From Acanthaster planci (taxonomy: Eukaryota), in assembly GCF_001949145.1 (NCBI RefSeq), contig NW_019091362.1, forward strand, positions 496,670-560,669: DNA of 64,000 bases, written 5' to 3'. Both the position numbers and the translations under genes were made by a program. Each line of letters opens with the position of its first letter. Position 1 is the stretch's first letter. This document shows, in pieces, positions 13,811 to 25,970 of the stretch. The notes beneath the pieces were generated by a model, which ran no database searches, had not been told where the DNA came from, and worked only from the letters and a program-made list of their open reading frames with translations.

Positions 13811-16800
13811 CATCGAATGTTGAACTTCATGTAAATTCTCTGTACTTCGAATGAATTTAACCCATAATTTCTATTCTAATCGGGTGCTTAGTAGATCACA
13901 AAATGTACATGAACATGTACATGTAGGATCTGGTGATCTGTGCAAAAAGCATACTGGTACATGTACGTGTGTACAGTGTACATAATGTGTACTTGCCTTG
14001 AGCATTTCTCATGAATGTGTTTACTATTATTAGGGCAGGATAGCCTACATGTATCATGTAGTTACATACCATACCTGCATACAAATATGTACATTTGTAC
14101 ATAATTTTGTTTTAGAAACATCCTTCTTGACTACTGGAAAGCCTTATGTAACACAAATTTCCAGGGAGTTTGTCAACCTTGAAAAGTCATATTGATTTAC
14201 AGTAACCAGTTTCAAATAACAGACAGAAGCCAGCCTTTGTTAAGAACAGCCGAGATATTATGCCATTTCTTTTAAATAGCCATACTAGGCATAGAACTTC
14301 TTAGTGTACATGTACATGTACTGTACATGTACATGTCCAAAATCTCTAGTTAAAGACATGTTACAAGTATATATAGTACAGTAACATCACAACAGGACCT
14401 CACTTGACCTCAGTGTCCTTAGGAACCCAGACACTAAGCACCTGTCATTGAGATGGTTGATTGACAGCCTTATTGACTGGCTGTCAGTGGATGGTAAGGG
14501 CTTACTAGGTTTTATGTACAGAATAAGTACAGTGACCCCCTCACCAGCATACGGTACAATGGAACATGCAGCTCTTGGTTTGGGAACAATGCTGTAGAGT
14601 TTACATGTGTCCAGTTCATTGAAATACATGTACAAAGTGTACATAGAGACACCTAAGGTATGCGTTTGTGTTTGTGAACATTGGAGCCTTTAAATATTAA
14701 ATGGACCCTGTACTATACCACTACATGTACATTCTCCACACTTGAACTGATCTTTTCTGAAGTACCGCGGTGGGGAAATGCAAACAGTTTGAGCTAAGTT
14801 TGGGAAAAACACCTTTCATTCCACCCGCATCAAAATTTGAATCCTTGTTGAGACATTGCTGGGTTCTCTTGTACGGTACTAAAATATTTGGGTGTTTTCA
14901 AAATGCTCCCATGTGAACAGAAACTGTACTTTCCCGGGTTAAAATTTCCACTCAGTGTCCCTCATCTGAAACCCTTCAATTTGCTGCAGAATATTACACA
15001 TTAAAAGGGTCCTTTCTGAGTAATTTCCAGATATCCACATTTATGCTTGTGGTGACTTGTTCATCTTAACTGCTTCTAGGAGACCTTTTCAGCCCACTCT
15101 TCTGTGTCTCCACAAGGCACCAACTTGAAGCACACATGTTCAGATACATGGGCATGTACCAGGCACATGTACATGTTGCAGGCTCCTGGGCACAACTGTA
15201 CAAATCTCTGTGTGGCCACTGAGTGACCATAGCAACCAAGCCGCTGAAAGTACACGCACAGTTCAGAGGAAGTTGTTGTGGCACCCTGAAACTTACATCA
15301 TTTTTAATACCAGTAGGTGTAAGGTTCTGAGGTTTTTTGGTTAGAACGTGTGGTGTAGTATTCTCAGTAGCAGCAGGATCCTCATCACCACTGTGACCTC
15401 CTCACCACCATCGGCACTAACCACCTTCATACCCACAACCATACTCATGATCAACTTTACATTGTACATCTCTCACCATACAACCACCCGACCTCCAGTC
15501 AGCCGTGACCAACACTGTCATTATTACCAGGTTATTGCTGTGAGTTCCATTGCCTGAATATTGGGATCCAGATTGAAAAAAGGGGATTGTGTGATAAGTC
15601 CCTTGACGACCTATCATCACGTGCAGGAAGGGGTGTATTCTGTGTGGATCTCAGAACAAAACTGCAGCCCAGAAATGTGTCACAGACAGCACTTTTTCAG
15701 TAATGACCTCTGTCTAGACAAACCCAGTGGGAATTGTGTCATAAAGCCGACCCTGAATTATTCATGCCACAATCACTGAATACAGTCTATTCATTTCCCT
15801 TCTTGGAAAACTCCATGCTAAAAGTTATGAGGAAGTGAAATTGCTGCAAGTATACTTTTACAAGTATGTTTGTACATGTATACTTCATTTAAAAAAAAGA
15901 GGTGAAAGCATTTGTGTTGAGATTGATATGAGCATGACATCATAAAAGAAGAGGCAAATTATTGTACATTGTTTTGTTTCTCTAATGCTGTTTGTTTGGC
16001 CAAACATACAATGACATGTATACGTGTCAGTATTTGCTGGTATGGAAGGCCTTGGGAAAAACATGTTACACATGATCAACCTGTACATGCTACATTTTCC
16101 AGGGAAGGAAATGATACCCTGCTTCATTTGCAGTATAACCCAACATCATGTACGTTGCAGTGAGCTTATTGTTTTGGAAAACTGCTCAATTGTCGGCTTG
16201 AGTCATTCCAATAAAAATATTATGTTAGATGAGAGTTTTGATTTCTAATTTCGCTTGACTGACTGTGAAGTGCAGTAGTGTTATCATTGCATTGACCGCT
16301 CACAGTATTTCAAACATCACTGGTATCACTTTCATGCTATTGCAAGTGCCTTGCTTGTTATACGTATTGCTACATGTATATACACGTGTGAAGATAAACA
16401 AATTATGTATATAAACAACTACATGTACAGGTACATGTACAGTTCAATAGGAACCCTGCTATGCTAATAAGCTCACACACAAATGTATAGCGCTTCATTA
16501 AGTCATTTTGTTTTGTTTGGGAAGAACTCGGAATCAGTTTTGAGAAGACCACCAAAAACGAAAGGATCGAAGTTTGAAAGATATGATTTCCAATACAGCA
16601 CAAATGTAGAGGAGTTTTTTCTGTTGTTGTCCACAAAAAGTACAAGTACTTGGCCTATAGTTGTTCACTAGGCACTTCTTTCTGTGGCAACATTCATGTA
16701 CTGGTACTGATCCACGCACATGTACATCCCATGGAGGAAAGAAAAGACACATAGGGATACTTGTGCAATGTACATGTTTGTATCCACATGTACAGAATTC

Positions 16801-17967
16801 ATGTTGCTGATCAAAGTGTTGTCCAGATGAAGTGGAGAAAGGGCATTAACATGTACATGTACCGCTCACTGTGATCTTCAGTAACTACAAATAATTTCAT
16901 GCAGAATGCCAAATGTTGCAACGCTGTACCGATGTAACGGTATATGTACATTTATGTACCAGTATGGGATAACCTGCAAACTCTAGGTCTGCAGGTGTTG
17001 GAGTTGAAAAAACAATGTGTGTCACCATCCTGATTGCTACATGTACATGCATGTAGGACCTACAGTATGTCTGTGTTTCCTGTCCGAGGTTATAAACCAG
17101 TGTTTTCTTTCCCATCTAACATTGTCCTTAGGGAGGGACGTTAGATTTTTGTATCACCCTGGAAACTGCATCCTTTTGGATGTTCTGTTTACGCTCTAAG
17201 TCAGTTTAACTTGTGGCCCAAATGTGTGTTCTTCTCTTTGTGTTTCTTTGAATCATGTTGTGTTAATACAACTTGTGCCATGGAATACTGTGGCTCAACA
17301 AGAACTGAACTGGTTGTGTAGCAACTATAGAGGGCGCTTGTCATTGGTTCTACCGGTATAAACTTGACAGAGCATGCAGATTTGTGTTGTGTTGTCTGCA
17401 GGTTAGACAGTAAGAATCCAATTTTTACACATGCTCATTAACCTAAAATACATGAGGACTACAGAAAAGGCAAATATGTGTACATTGCAAAATGAATTTC
17501 AGTTTGGTCCTTTCTTGTACATGTACTACAGGTAATTGTTTACTGTTGTGAAAAACTAAATAATCCTACTTACTTAGTGCCCAAACAGGCTAATCTTCAG
17601 AAGAACTTGGATCCCAACACCTGAGCAGACATTCTTGAGTCATTGTCTAACCAACAGGATGTGGTTTTTCAGGAGTCTACAAGATATCAAGATTAGTGGC
17701 CTAGTCTAGATTTCCTGTCTTGTTATTCGGCTGCATGTATGCCACATTCTAAAATTGCACTTTTTACGACTGTAAATTGCCAGATTAACAAAATCATAGC
17801 TATTTGAGAGAAAACTCCCTGTTAGATTTAATAAAAAGCCTGAAAAAACAGACCATTTTATTGTTGGCACTGCTATAACCCCTGTGCTGTATGTTTGGTG
17901 GATTTCTGTGGATCTCCTGAACCAAATACTCGGTAATTATGTGTAATTCTCTGTTATCTCATCGCAG

Positions 17968-18066
17968 ACACATGTTGCCGAGCTCTCTGCACTGTCCGAC
18001 ACCGATGAAGAGGATGTCTCCAACAAGAGGACAAGAAAACTCAAATTCAGTAAGGCCCCCATCAAG
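17968..18066 (+). CDS. PPP1R9: Internal coding exon (33 codons, phase 0-0) of a neurabin/spinophilin-like PP1 regulatory subunit 9 gene, carrying the RVxF-type PP1-docking motif
   Basis: Canonical acceptor ttctctgttatctcatcgcag| and strong donor AAG|gtgagt. Open in frame 0: THVAELSALSDTDEEDVSNKRTRKLKFSKAPIK. The acidic patch plus RKLKFSKAPIK matches recalled neurabin-1 (GLPEEEEIPANRKIKFSSAPIK) and spinophilin ([22 protein letters not shown]). Confidence 0.85.
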
Positions 18067-18107
18067 GTGAGTTTCTTTGGTGTTACTTGTGTGTAAGAAC
18101 AAAGTTA

Positions 18108-19787
18108 CCGTAATTTTCGGAATATAAGCCGCCTGGTGTATAAGCCGCAACAGGCAAAAATCTGCAAATTTAAAGTCGGCGTATAAGGTGCACTGCAGCG
18201 CTGATGATCCAACCACAAAGGTCAACGTACTGCATGCTGAAACACCAATACAGTATGTACAGTACGCCAATGGTTCCACTACATGTGCAATCATAACAAA
18301 AATATAAAGCAAAATGCAAATGAGTGTCACCATAGAAAGTGAATTGAAGTACTCCAATTTGACATTTTTTTGCGGGCTGGAAGGTGGTCCTGCATGGGCC
18401 GTACATGTATATCAGCTCTAGCCTTTTTTTCAGCAGCCAGAGAAAGTTAAACGGTCGGGGACATACATATACAATAACTTGGTAACTCAAAGTTAGTTAG
18501 GTTGAGGGATCATTTCATGTTGACTATTTCTTGCCAAAAGAATAGACTTTTATTAAAAATACCTCTGTAACTGTCCACAGCACTACATCCAGTTATCTTG
18601 AGGTTTTTGTGACACCGATAAAAAAAAACGCTGCCAAATCGCTTCAAAAATGAAACATCTGCCGCGAGACCTTAGTTTGAGTCATTACACAGGAACCTTT
18701 TGTGTTGAACGTATGCTGCATTGCACACACACGTAAGTGTGTATTTGCCTGCAACTGGGGACCTCCTATTGTTACTCTTTTGTATGTACGCCAACTTTTT
18801 TAGAAGACCACCCATATGTTNCGCTATTGTTCAGGGTCCCCAATTGAATGCACAAACAAACTCACGCACCTCATGCACCACTGCAGTCGTGCATACCCTG
18901 TTTTTTAGGCTAGCCTGACTGCTACCGCTACCGCTGACCCATTCATGGACTCTTTCCAATTACCATGTGACCACAGAAAGTGTTGTATGACCCATGTGAA
19001 AAAAAAGATGTTCAGTGGCGTGTCATGCTGAACACGGTTGGCGAAAAGACGAAAGATCTGCCACACAAAGATGCACCATTGAAGCGGTTGATTTTTATTT
19101 AACAGTAGAAAGAAATTTTTAGGTAATAACAATAAAATGATCTTAGTAAAATGATTATATGTGACTCACCTTCCCAAAACCAGGCTGAAGTCAGTATTTG
19201 TGCTTTCGGACAAATTCCTCTCCTTCAGCTCTTTTTTTTAACAATTTAAGGTGATCCATGTTAAATCCAAATTCTGTCTGCAGTAAGCTTCTTACGGGTA
19301 GTAATAGCTGTAAAACTCCCATGAAAATCTAAACAGTGGAGGTTCCACTATCTGAGGGTTATGATGTTACCGACTTAAACCTGGTTTGGGAGGGTGGGTC
19401 ACATTCGTCTGCAAAACATACACCACAAGATTGAATAAAAAGCAGGAAAATAATCACTGGATAATCTTGCCACAAAGCAAGTAAAGTTTAAGATTATGTG
19501 CATGTTTCATGTATGTTTGTGACTCCATGACTCGGGGAATTCCGTTAACAACTCGAAATCCGGACAACTCGGATTTTTATTTATTCTCCGAGGTTCGAGA
19601 TTTCAGATATAAAACAAAAATATGACTGTGCCACCTGTGTGTGGTATTCATAGTGCGGCTGCGGCTTTTGTGACTGATTTTATCCTTCAAAGTTTGCCAT
19701 ATAAGCTGCCCAGCATATAAGCCGCAGAGACATTTTTCAGCATGAGAATCAACGTATATGCTACGGCTTACAATCCGAAAGTTACGG
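18108..19787. mobile_element. Non-autonomous Tc1/mariner-superfamily element (Tc2/pogo-like), 1.68 kb
   Basis: TIRs of about 24 bp: CCGTAATTTTCGGAATATAAGCCG versus the right end's reverse complement CCGTAACTTTCGGATTGTAAGCCG (3 mismatches). TA on both sides (18106-7, 19788-9). Subterminal TATAAGCCGC repeats at both ends. No transposase ORF. Confidence 0.85.
19159..19404. mobile_element. MITE nested inside the Tc2/pogo-like element
   Basis: Imperfect TIRs of about 38 bp: ATGTGACTCACCTTCCCAAAACCAGGCTGAAGTCAGTA versus the right end's reverse complement ATGTGACCCACCCTCCCAAACCAGGTTTAAGTCGGTA. Confidence 0.8.
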
Positions 19788-20286
19788 TACATTTATTTAT
19801 TTTGTTTAGGCAGGCACAACATATTGACAAAACCAAGTTTTAGGCGGAGGAAATAATTAATTACCTCATGTGTATGATGTTCAACGCTATATAAAGTGAG
19901 GGAATTTGGAGACTGATCAAGAAAGAAATCCACAATCAATGAGGAAATCAGGACCTTCCCAAAATCTTCAATCATCTGTAGTTTCCTGCAGAGCTGCCAA
20001 CTCACCCAGATTTGAAGGAAGAAGACTCCTGGCAAATCAGTCAATCTTCCGACTTCCTAACCCATCTTAAAATTTACACAGATTATCCATTTTTATGTAG
20101 ATGTTTAATTACATGTATATGTATTTCTAAATGGTCTGTCTGAAAGTTAAATTTACATGTAGCATAAAAATACTCTAATGTGATTTATGCCACTTTTTTA
20201 AACTCAAAATCGTGTGCCTAAAACGGTCGTGAGAATTCAGCTTTCCAGATGATCCCAGCTTTTTTTCCCCTGGATATTTGAACCCT

Positions 20287-20385
20287 GAATTTCAGCTTTT
20301 TTGTACACCTGCTCTGTACAACATCATGGAATTTTAGAATTTCAGCTTTTTTGTAAACCTGCTGTGTACAACATCATGAAATTTT
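20287..20385. repeat. Tandem duplication, 50-bp unit x2
   Basis: GAATTTCAGCTTTTTTGTAMACCTGCTSTGTACAACATCATGRAATTTT occurs twice. Confidence 0.9.
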
Positions 20386-21204
20386 TTAAATCTCAGAATC
20401 TCAGGTTTTTACAAGTTTTTTTTTTTGGTGGCCAAACTGGCCAGTCACATCCGCTGATAAAATTTACAAGTACAGTTTTGTAACTTTGTTCGGTCATTGG
20501 CAGTGTACCGCAAATTTTGTGCTAGTGGACACAAAACATGGATTCCACACTGTCAAACTTCCTAGTAGAGACCAAGACTCCTTACTAGTCACGTACATGT
20601 ATGTGTACATACTCTTCTAAACATGGGGAACACCAGACTACATGTATGCATATTTGGAATGTTGATAGTAATATTCATGTACCGTTACTGGTATGTTGAG
20701 GAGATAATGAATCTAGCATGTACCACTATTTTGGGTCTGGAATCAAGTCTGCACAACTGGTAAGCTGCAGTATTATGCCCTTTTGAGGGTTGAAAACCTT
20801 TACCAGTGAATAGCCTGCTACCCGTTACATGTAAGTCTCACCAATTGTATTGTAAGACAAATACCATATGAACGATATTTAATGTGATTCTTGTACATGT
20901 GCACACGCACACTTATGTACTGGTATAATAGAAATGGCCAAAACTGTACCAAGTGAAGACCACCACAATGAAGGCCGGGCTCCAGATTTGCTCATAAATG
21001 CACCGGAGAGCTTTTAAAGTCAAAGTGTGTTGTGGCCTTGCAAGTTGTTTCTTTCCCTGCAGGTTTGAAAACCCCAGGTAGAACCACTAGGTTTTACACA
21101 CTTATTTATGTTGGTGTTTTTCAGAAAGGGTGAGGTGCTTCTCAATAAGGACAAGGAATGTAAAAGCTAGAAAATGCTGCGGATTACTCCATAGAAAATC
21201 TTAA

Positions 21205-22345
21205 ATAAAATAATATAATTGAATTTATATAGCGCCAAATTACCAGAGGATGAAGGGGCTTCCAAAATAAAGAGAACAATAGAGAGACAATTTATTGTGA
21301 TCTGTGGAAGTCATGGTTCTTGAGAGCAGAGTTGAATGATGATACACTGTCTGAGTTCCTAATGTGATGGGGGTAAATTGTTCCTTAGGCGAGGGGCAGC
21401 TACAGAAACAGTCTGTCCCCAGCCTTCTTTTGAGACTTAGGGATGACAAGAGTGAGAGTCAAAGTAACGAAGGAAATTAAAATATATCAGGCTACTTGGA
21501 AGAGAAGAGAGATATGTGTAGTCTGGTGCAGAGTTTGTAAGTGATTTGAAGGTGTGGACTAATGTACGGAACTCAATATGTTGATTGACTTGATGGGCTA
21601 GAAATCAGTGAAGTTCTTCAAGTACAGGGGAATTATATGTGTGTGTTCATGTATATGTATGTGTGGATTTCTGGACAATTAACCTGGTACATCCAGTTTG
21701 AAGTTCTTGAAGGCCAGATATTTCATTCTTAGAAATGCCATTGAGTTGGCAATTGCAACAGTCCAGCCTGGATTGGTGTTAATGAGAGCACACGCTGCAT
21801 TGCGACATGCTTGGAAGCTTAGAAATTTAATTTGACTAAGATTGTACATGTAGATATGCCAGTCTAGGCAAGTGACAAAGTGAAGTGATATGACCAGACA
21901 TACTCATGTCCTGGTCGAAAACAACACTTAAGTTTCTTACCAGGGGAAAGGAAGTATTTTTGTTTTATCGAGATGAAATATGAAATGTTGGAGAAGGGGA
22001 AGAGGCAATAAAAACTCTGTCATGTCTGTGTTCATCAGGAGTTTATTAGAGAATTAACATTTTGAACACTCCGAGGACGTCGGTGAAGAGCGCAGAATGC
22101 ATTTACCAGCTGTTTGGGTTTAAAGGTCAAGCATAACTGAACATTGTCAGCAAAAATGTGACACTGTAGTTTATTTGAGTACTGACTGAGTATTTGATCG
22201 GTAGTTGTGTGAGTAGTAATAACAGAACCTCAGGGGACAAGACATTTGAGTTTGGTTTTGGTAGACAGAGTTTCCATCCCACCTGACTTGTTCAGCTACA
22301 CATAAATGAAACCAGTGAGGGACAACACCATGTTTGTCTGGAATG
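21205..22345 (-). mobile_element. Decayed, 5'-truncated L2/CR1-clade LINE (reverse transcriptase C-terminal half plus 3' tail)
   Basis: The minus strand gives collinear degenerate RT motifs with stops and frameshifts: VPHWF (xLxWF), LVP*GS (GVPQGS), HIFADNVQL (HxYADDTQL), SNKLLMNTDMTEF (NxLKLNxxKTEF), VRNLSVVFD (VKNLGVxFD), FVTCLD (FVTSRLD), KL/QACRNAACALI (KLQRVQNAAARLI), SPVLEELH* (TPVLxxLHW). An L2-type tail reads aataataataattgaatttatatagcgcc on + at about 21207-21237. Confidence 0.85.
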
Positions 22346-22580
22346 CAAAATTTTCCCTGACTCACATAGTCCAAATACATGTATCTCCCTGATTGGTGTT
22401 TTCTAGTGTTAGCAGCTCTGTATCCTGATGACTACGGTAGTTCCCCAAGAGAACTGTCACAACCATCTTGTTGTTTGATAAACCTAGACTTCCCAGTGAG
22501 GGAGTAACAGCGCCACCATCTGGTCACTTTATACCAATTTGTAGGCTCTGATGTACACGATGCATTCATCCATTCACTCT

Positions 22581-22597
22581 GCTGCCATCTGGTGGCC
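22581..22597 (-). promoter_or_regulatory. CTCF-like binding motif
   Basis: The reverse complement GGCCACCAGATGGCAGC is a close match to the CTCF core CCACYAGRKGGCRS. A second partial site lies at about 22508-22527. Confidence 0.5.
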
Positions 22598-23046
22598 TCC
22601 ATGAGCCAGTCTCCACACTCTACTGGTAGTTATTGAGCCTGCTAGATTACATGTATACATGTACAGTACCTGTCGACCCTTATGCATTTAAAGGCTTTGT
22701 ACTTGTTAGCACTTGCTCTTTACGAACACAATTGAGCTTTGACCAGAGCTGCTTTGAAGTTGAGCAATGGGGAAATGGTGAAAAATAAAGAGAAAATGGT
22801 CATGCGTACTCAACCTTGATATTTGTATACTACTAATTAGCTGCCAGTATAACTGTTGCCCATGTACATGTGTCAGTACATGTACATAGTGCATTAAGTA
22901 TGGAACTCCTGTACTGTGTTTTTGTTGCATATCACGCAATCGATTCTTGACCTAAAACAATTTGCAGTCTACTATTGAGGCTTAACAAGTTTATATGGAT
23001 TACGGTATCATGGACTTCTTTACATGTATGAATTCTTGTCAGATTA

Positions 23047-23901
23047 GGCCAACAAAAAATTCTGGTATTTCTGCTTCCAATTACATGCGTCTCAAAAATG
23101 GGGTCGGTCAGCCTGTTCAGTAGGTTAGAAAGTTGTCTTTTTTAGTCAATTTTTTGTGCTGATTGAATGGCATGAATGGGAATGAAAGCTACCAAAAATT
23201 GCCACATAAGTAGCAATGTAAAAATTTCTACAGTCGACAATTCTTATGAATTATGGACAATTCACTGTCCGTTCACAATGTCCGTGTATCACATGGTAAG
23301 CATGCATGATGCATCCAGATGGGGAGTGATAAACCTTGTGTCATGGCAGGAAATTGTGTAGAAACACGCTCGCCTCAAATACGAGCAAAATAATCCCTCA
23401 AACTTGTGACCACAGAAAATACATACATAGACAAGAGCAGAAATCTTCTTGCAACATCAATGTGTTTTGGACAAACAGCTGTAGGGTTGCATGCGTGTAT
23501 GGCTGTTGTAGTGTAACAGCGTTATTTTGACCGGGATGTATACATTGATTGCCACATTTCCATTACACATTCTGCACGGGCACGGTACGTTAGGAACCAG
23601 CGCAGCATTGCTTTAAGGCATTGAGCTTTGCGCACGTGGTTTCACCATTGTGACAGCGAAACACAAAGGGAACCCATGAAAATAATGGAGGTTTCTTTTC
23701 AAAAGTTGCAAATGTAAGTAGGAAAACATGTACAAACATACTCGCAAAAAGGTTGTTCAGAGGTGTTTTGTGAAGACATAAAAGACAATAGGATTTGTTT
23801 TTTTGGGGGGAGTGTTTTTCTGAATTACAGAAAAACATGTTAGGGTCACGCCAAAAAATTTGGGGTTGGTCTGGAAACCGGAAGCTGAAATTTGTTTGGC
23901 C
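23047..23901. mobile_element. Non-autonomous DNA transposon with GGCC termini and TTA target duplication (Zator/Harbinger-like)
   Basis: TTA|GGCCAACAAA ... TTTGTTTGGCC|TTA, i.e. an identical 3-bp TTA on both sides. Subterminal GGGTCGGTC/GGGTTGGTC motifs near both ends. No coding capacity. Confidence 0.75.
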
Positions 23902-24922
23902 TTACCAGTCTACACTGCCTTCAGCCTGTACATGTAAGCCTTTGAACAGTTTAGCTGGAATATTTTTAGCAGCACTCCAACATTGAGTGCTTTTCTTATG
24001 TCAACTCCTAGTACCAGTATTTCTGACTGGTTGTGATTGAGAGTTAGCTGCAGTACATACACCTGCCCTAGTCGTGCATAAAGTCACAAAATGGTCGTAT
24101 GGAAAAGAAAACAAAAATTCTCAGGATACTGGCTCTGGTGCATGTGTACATGCACTTGCAAGAAGAATTTCGTTTTTTTTCCTCAAGTGTTTTTGCAGAT
24201 AAGAGCAGTGGACACTGTTAAATCCATTTACAGATGGTAAAAAAATGTATGCAGTGTTATTCTCTCTTCATTAGTCAAGCCTGGGTACATTGATAGTGTT
24301 GGCCAGCGTTCTCCAGGTACCGTCCCTCAAAGGCAGTGTAGTGTTATTTTCACAGTGCCCGATCATTACTTAAGCGTTCATTTTTGGACACATCATTAAG
24401 TCCCGACAGCAATCTTGTGGTGGGCCGCTCAAGACCTGCACTCGGTGTCATGTTGTGAGAATATCCTTGCATATCGGCTAATTACAAACACCTCTTTGTC
24501 TGTTTTAGTTTGTCGCAATTGCAAGTACAGAGGCATTGTGGGAGCAGATTTGCTGGTGTGAAGACAGAATCGTGCAAGCTTTGCTAAGACTAGCATCTTA
24601 ATTACATTCATGAGATTCAGTGACCATCATCTTTGGCAGCAGGACGGCTTTGCAAGGTCAAATCACGTTGAAAACAACTTTTGCAGTTTCCCCTCAATGC
24701 ACACCTTTTTCCGGTTACCGGTGGTCGATATTAGAGAGGTCACGTTATCCATGAATTATTCCTTTGAGAAGATTACAGCACATGTTGAAGCATTTGATTG
24801 ATTTTGCTTTTAACTTTACATCCAAGTCTTTCTGTGCCTCACAAGACAATAGTCAGAAGAAGTGCTTTTCTCATGTTAGTTTTCTGTCTGTGGTGTACAT
24901 GTACGTACATGTTATACATGTA

Positions 24923-25619
24923 CAGGGCTTGCCCTTTTTTTTTCTGACAGTAGCTCGCCGGGCGAGTAAATTGTGATTTGTACTAGCCCATGAAATGTGT
25001 GAAAAAAAATAACAATTAAAGCAGGTTTTTGACTTAAGAAGGTTGGTCCACCAAGATGTTTCTATCAACCGCTATCACGTGGGGTGATAGTGGTTCGTGG
25101 GTAGACTGGTTCCCGTTCCCTACTCACTCACCAGGCATAATTGTCCAATGAGGGGCTTGCGATCAGTGGTACAACGAAGTCACTTACAAACCAGATTGCA
25201 CCAGTCTCTGGACGCAGTATCGGTTTTTGGTATCTGGTTCCCAGTACGAATTGTATGTTAATTATATTGGTCATGTATAGATGTCACTGACTATGGAGAA
25301 ACTATCATTGATGCGTTGATAATAGGTACTAGGTACAATGTACACGTAGTCCCAGCACACAATATGGGATTCCAGGTGCGAGTCAGAAGCGATATTGGGG
25401 TTTATTTGATTCCAATAAAATAAAGTTACATTCATGACAGACAAAAGGTAAAGCTTTGAAATCAAGTCTTCGTTTAATTTTCTTTAATCACATCAGAAAA
25501 ACAAGGAACGTGTACATATTTTAACTCACCCACCAGACGACTGAAGGAAGAGTTTTGACTCGCCCGTGACTGTTTTCACTCGCATTTGGCTAGCGGGCGA
25601 CCCCTAAGGGGAAACCCTG
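24923..25619. mobile_element. Non-autonomous hAT-like element (CAGGG...CCCTG termini)
   Basis: 14-bp TIR CAGGGCTTGCCCTT versus CAGGGTTTCCCCTT (reverse complement). Subterminal CTCGCC/GGCGAG repeats at both ends and a CpG-richer interior. No clean 8-bp TSD. Confidence 0.65.
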
Positions 25620-25789
25620 ATGTAACTCTTCCTCATTATATTGTAATGCAGAATCCTCTGAAAATGATTCCCATATGTCAGATCCTAGCCTACATATGTA
25701 CTGGTATCCACATGCCCATATCTTCCAGGTCATTCCCATTGGTGAATCATTTGTTCTCAAATGCTTGAATTAATAAATTGAAATAAGCA

Positions 25790-25970
25790 AATTCTACTCA
25801 CCAAACATTGTACAGCACAACTTCACAAAATGCTTTCAGTGGCAGCGTACCATAGTTTCTATCCTTTGAATTATTAATTTGATAAACAAAGTGAATTTTT
25901 CTCACCAAAGTTTGTACAGCAGAACTTTGACAACATACTTTCCATGGCAGCTTACTGCATTTCCTATTTC
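25790..25970. repeat. Old diverged tandem duplication (about 100-bp period)
   Basis: The pattern ctcaccaaa..ttgtacagca.aactt...ggcagc occurs twice. Confidence 0.6.

Larger units (their letters stand above)
1..17000. repeat. Region densely seeded with TACATGTA and short (TACATG)n palindromic arrays; also present at lower density across the rest of the window
   Basis: Directly visible, e.g. 126-150, 399-455, 1771-1810, 3598-3630, 4782-4825, 6137-6200 and 14306-14336. Confidence 0.9.

Noticed and set aside
15348..15557. Thr/Ser/His-rich ORF in a CAC-rich tract
   Set aside because: Low-complexity sequence without convincing splice sites or an ATG start.
27..16752. Many short ORFs rich in MYMY/CTCT/HVHV
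   Set aside because: They are translations of stop-free (TACATG)n arrays, not Cys/His metal-binding proteins.
17959..18357. 132-aa minus-strand ORF overlapping the neurabin exon
   Set aside because: It is antisense to the real exon and runs through a transposon end; no homology recognised.
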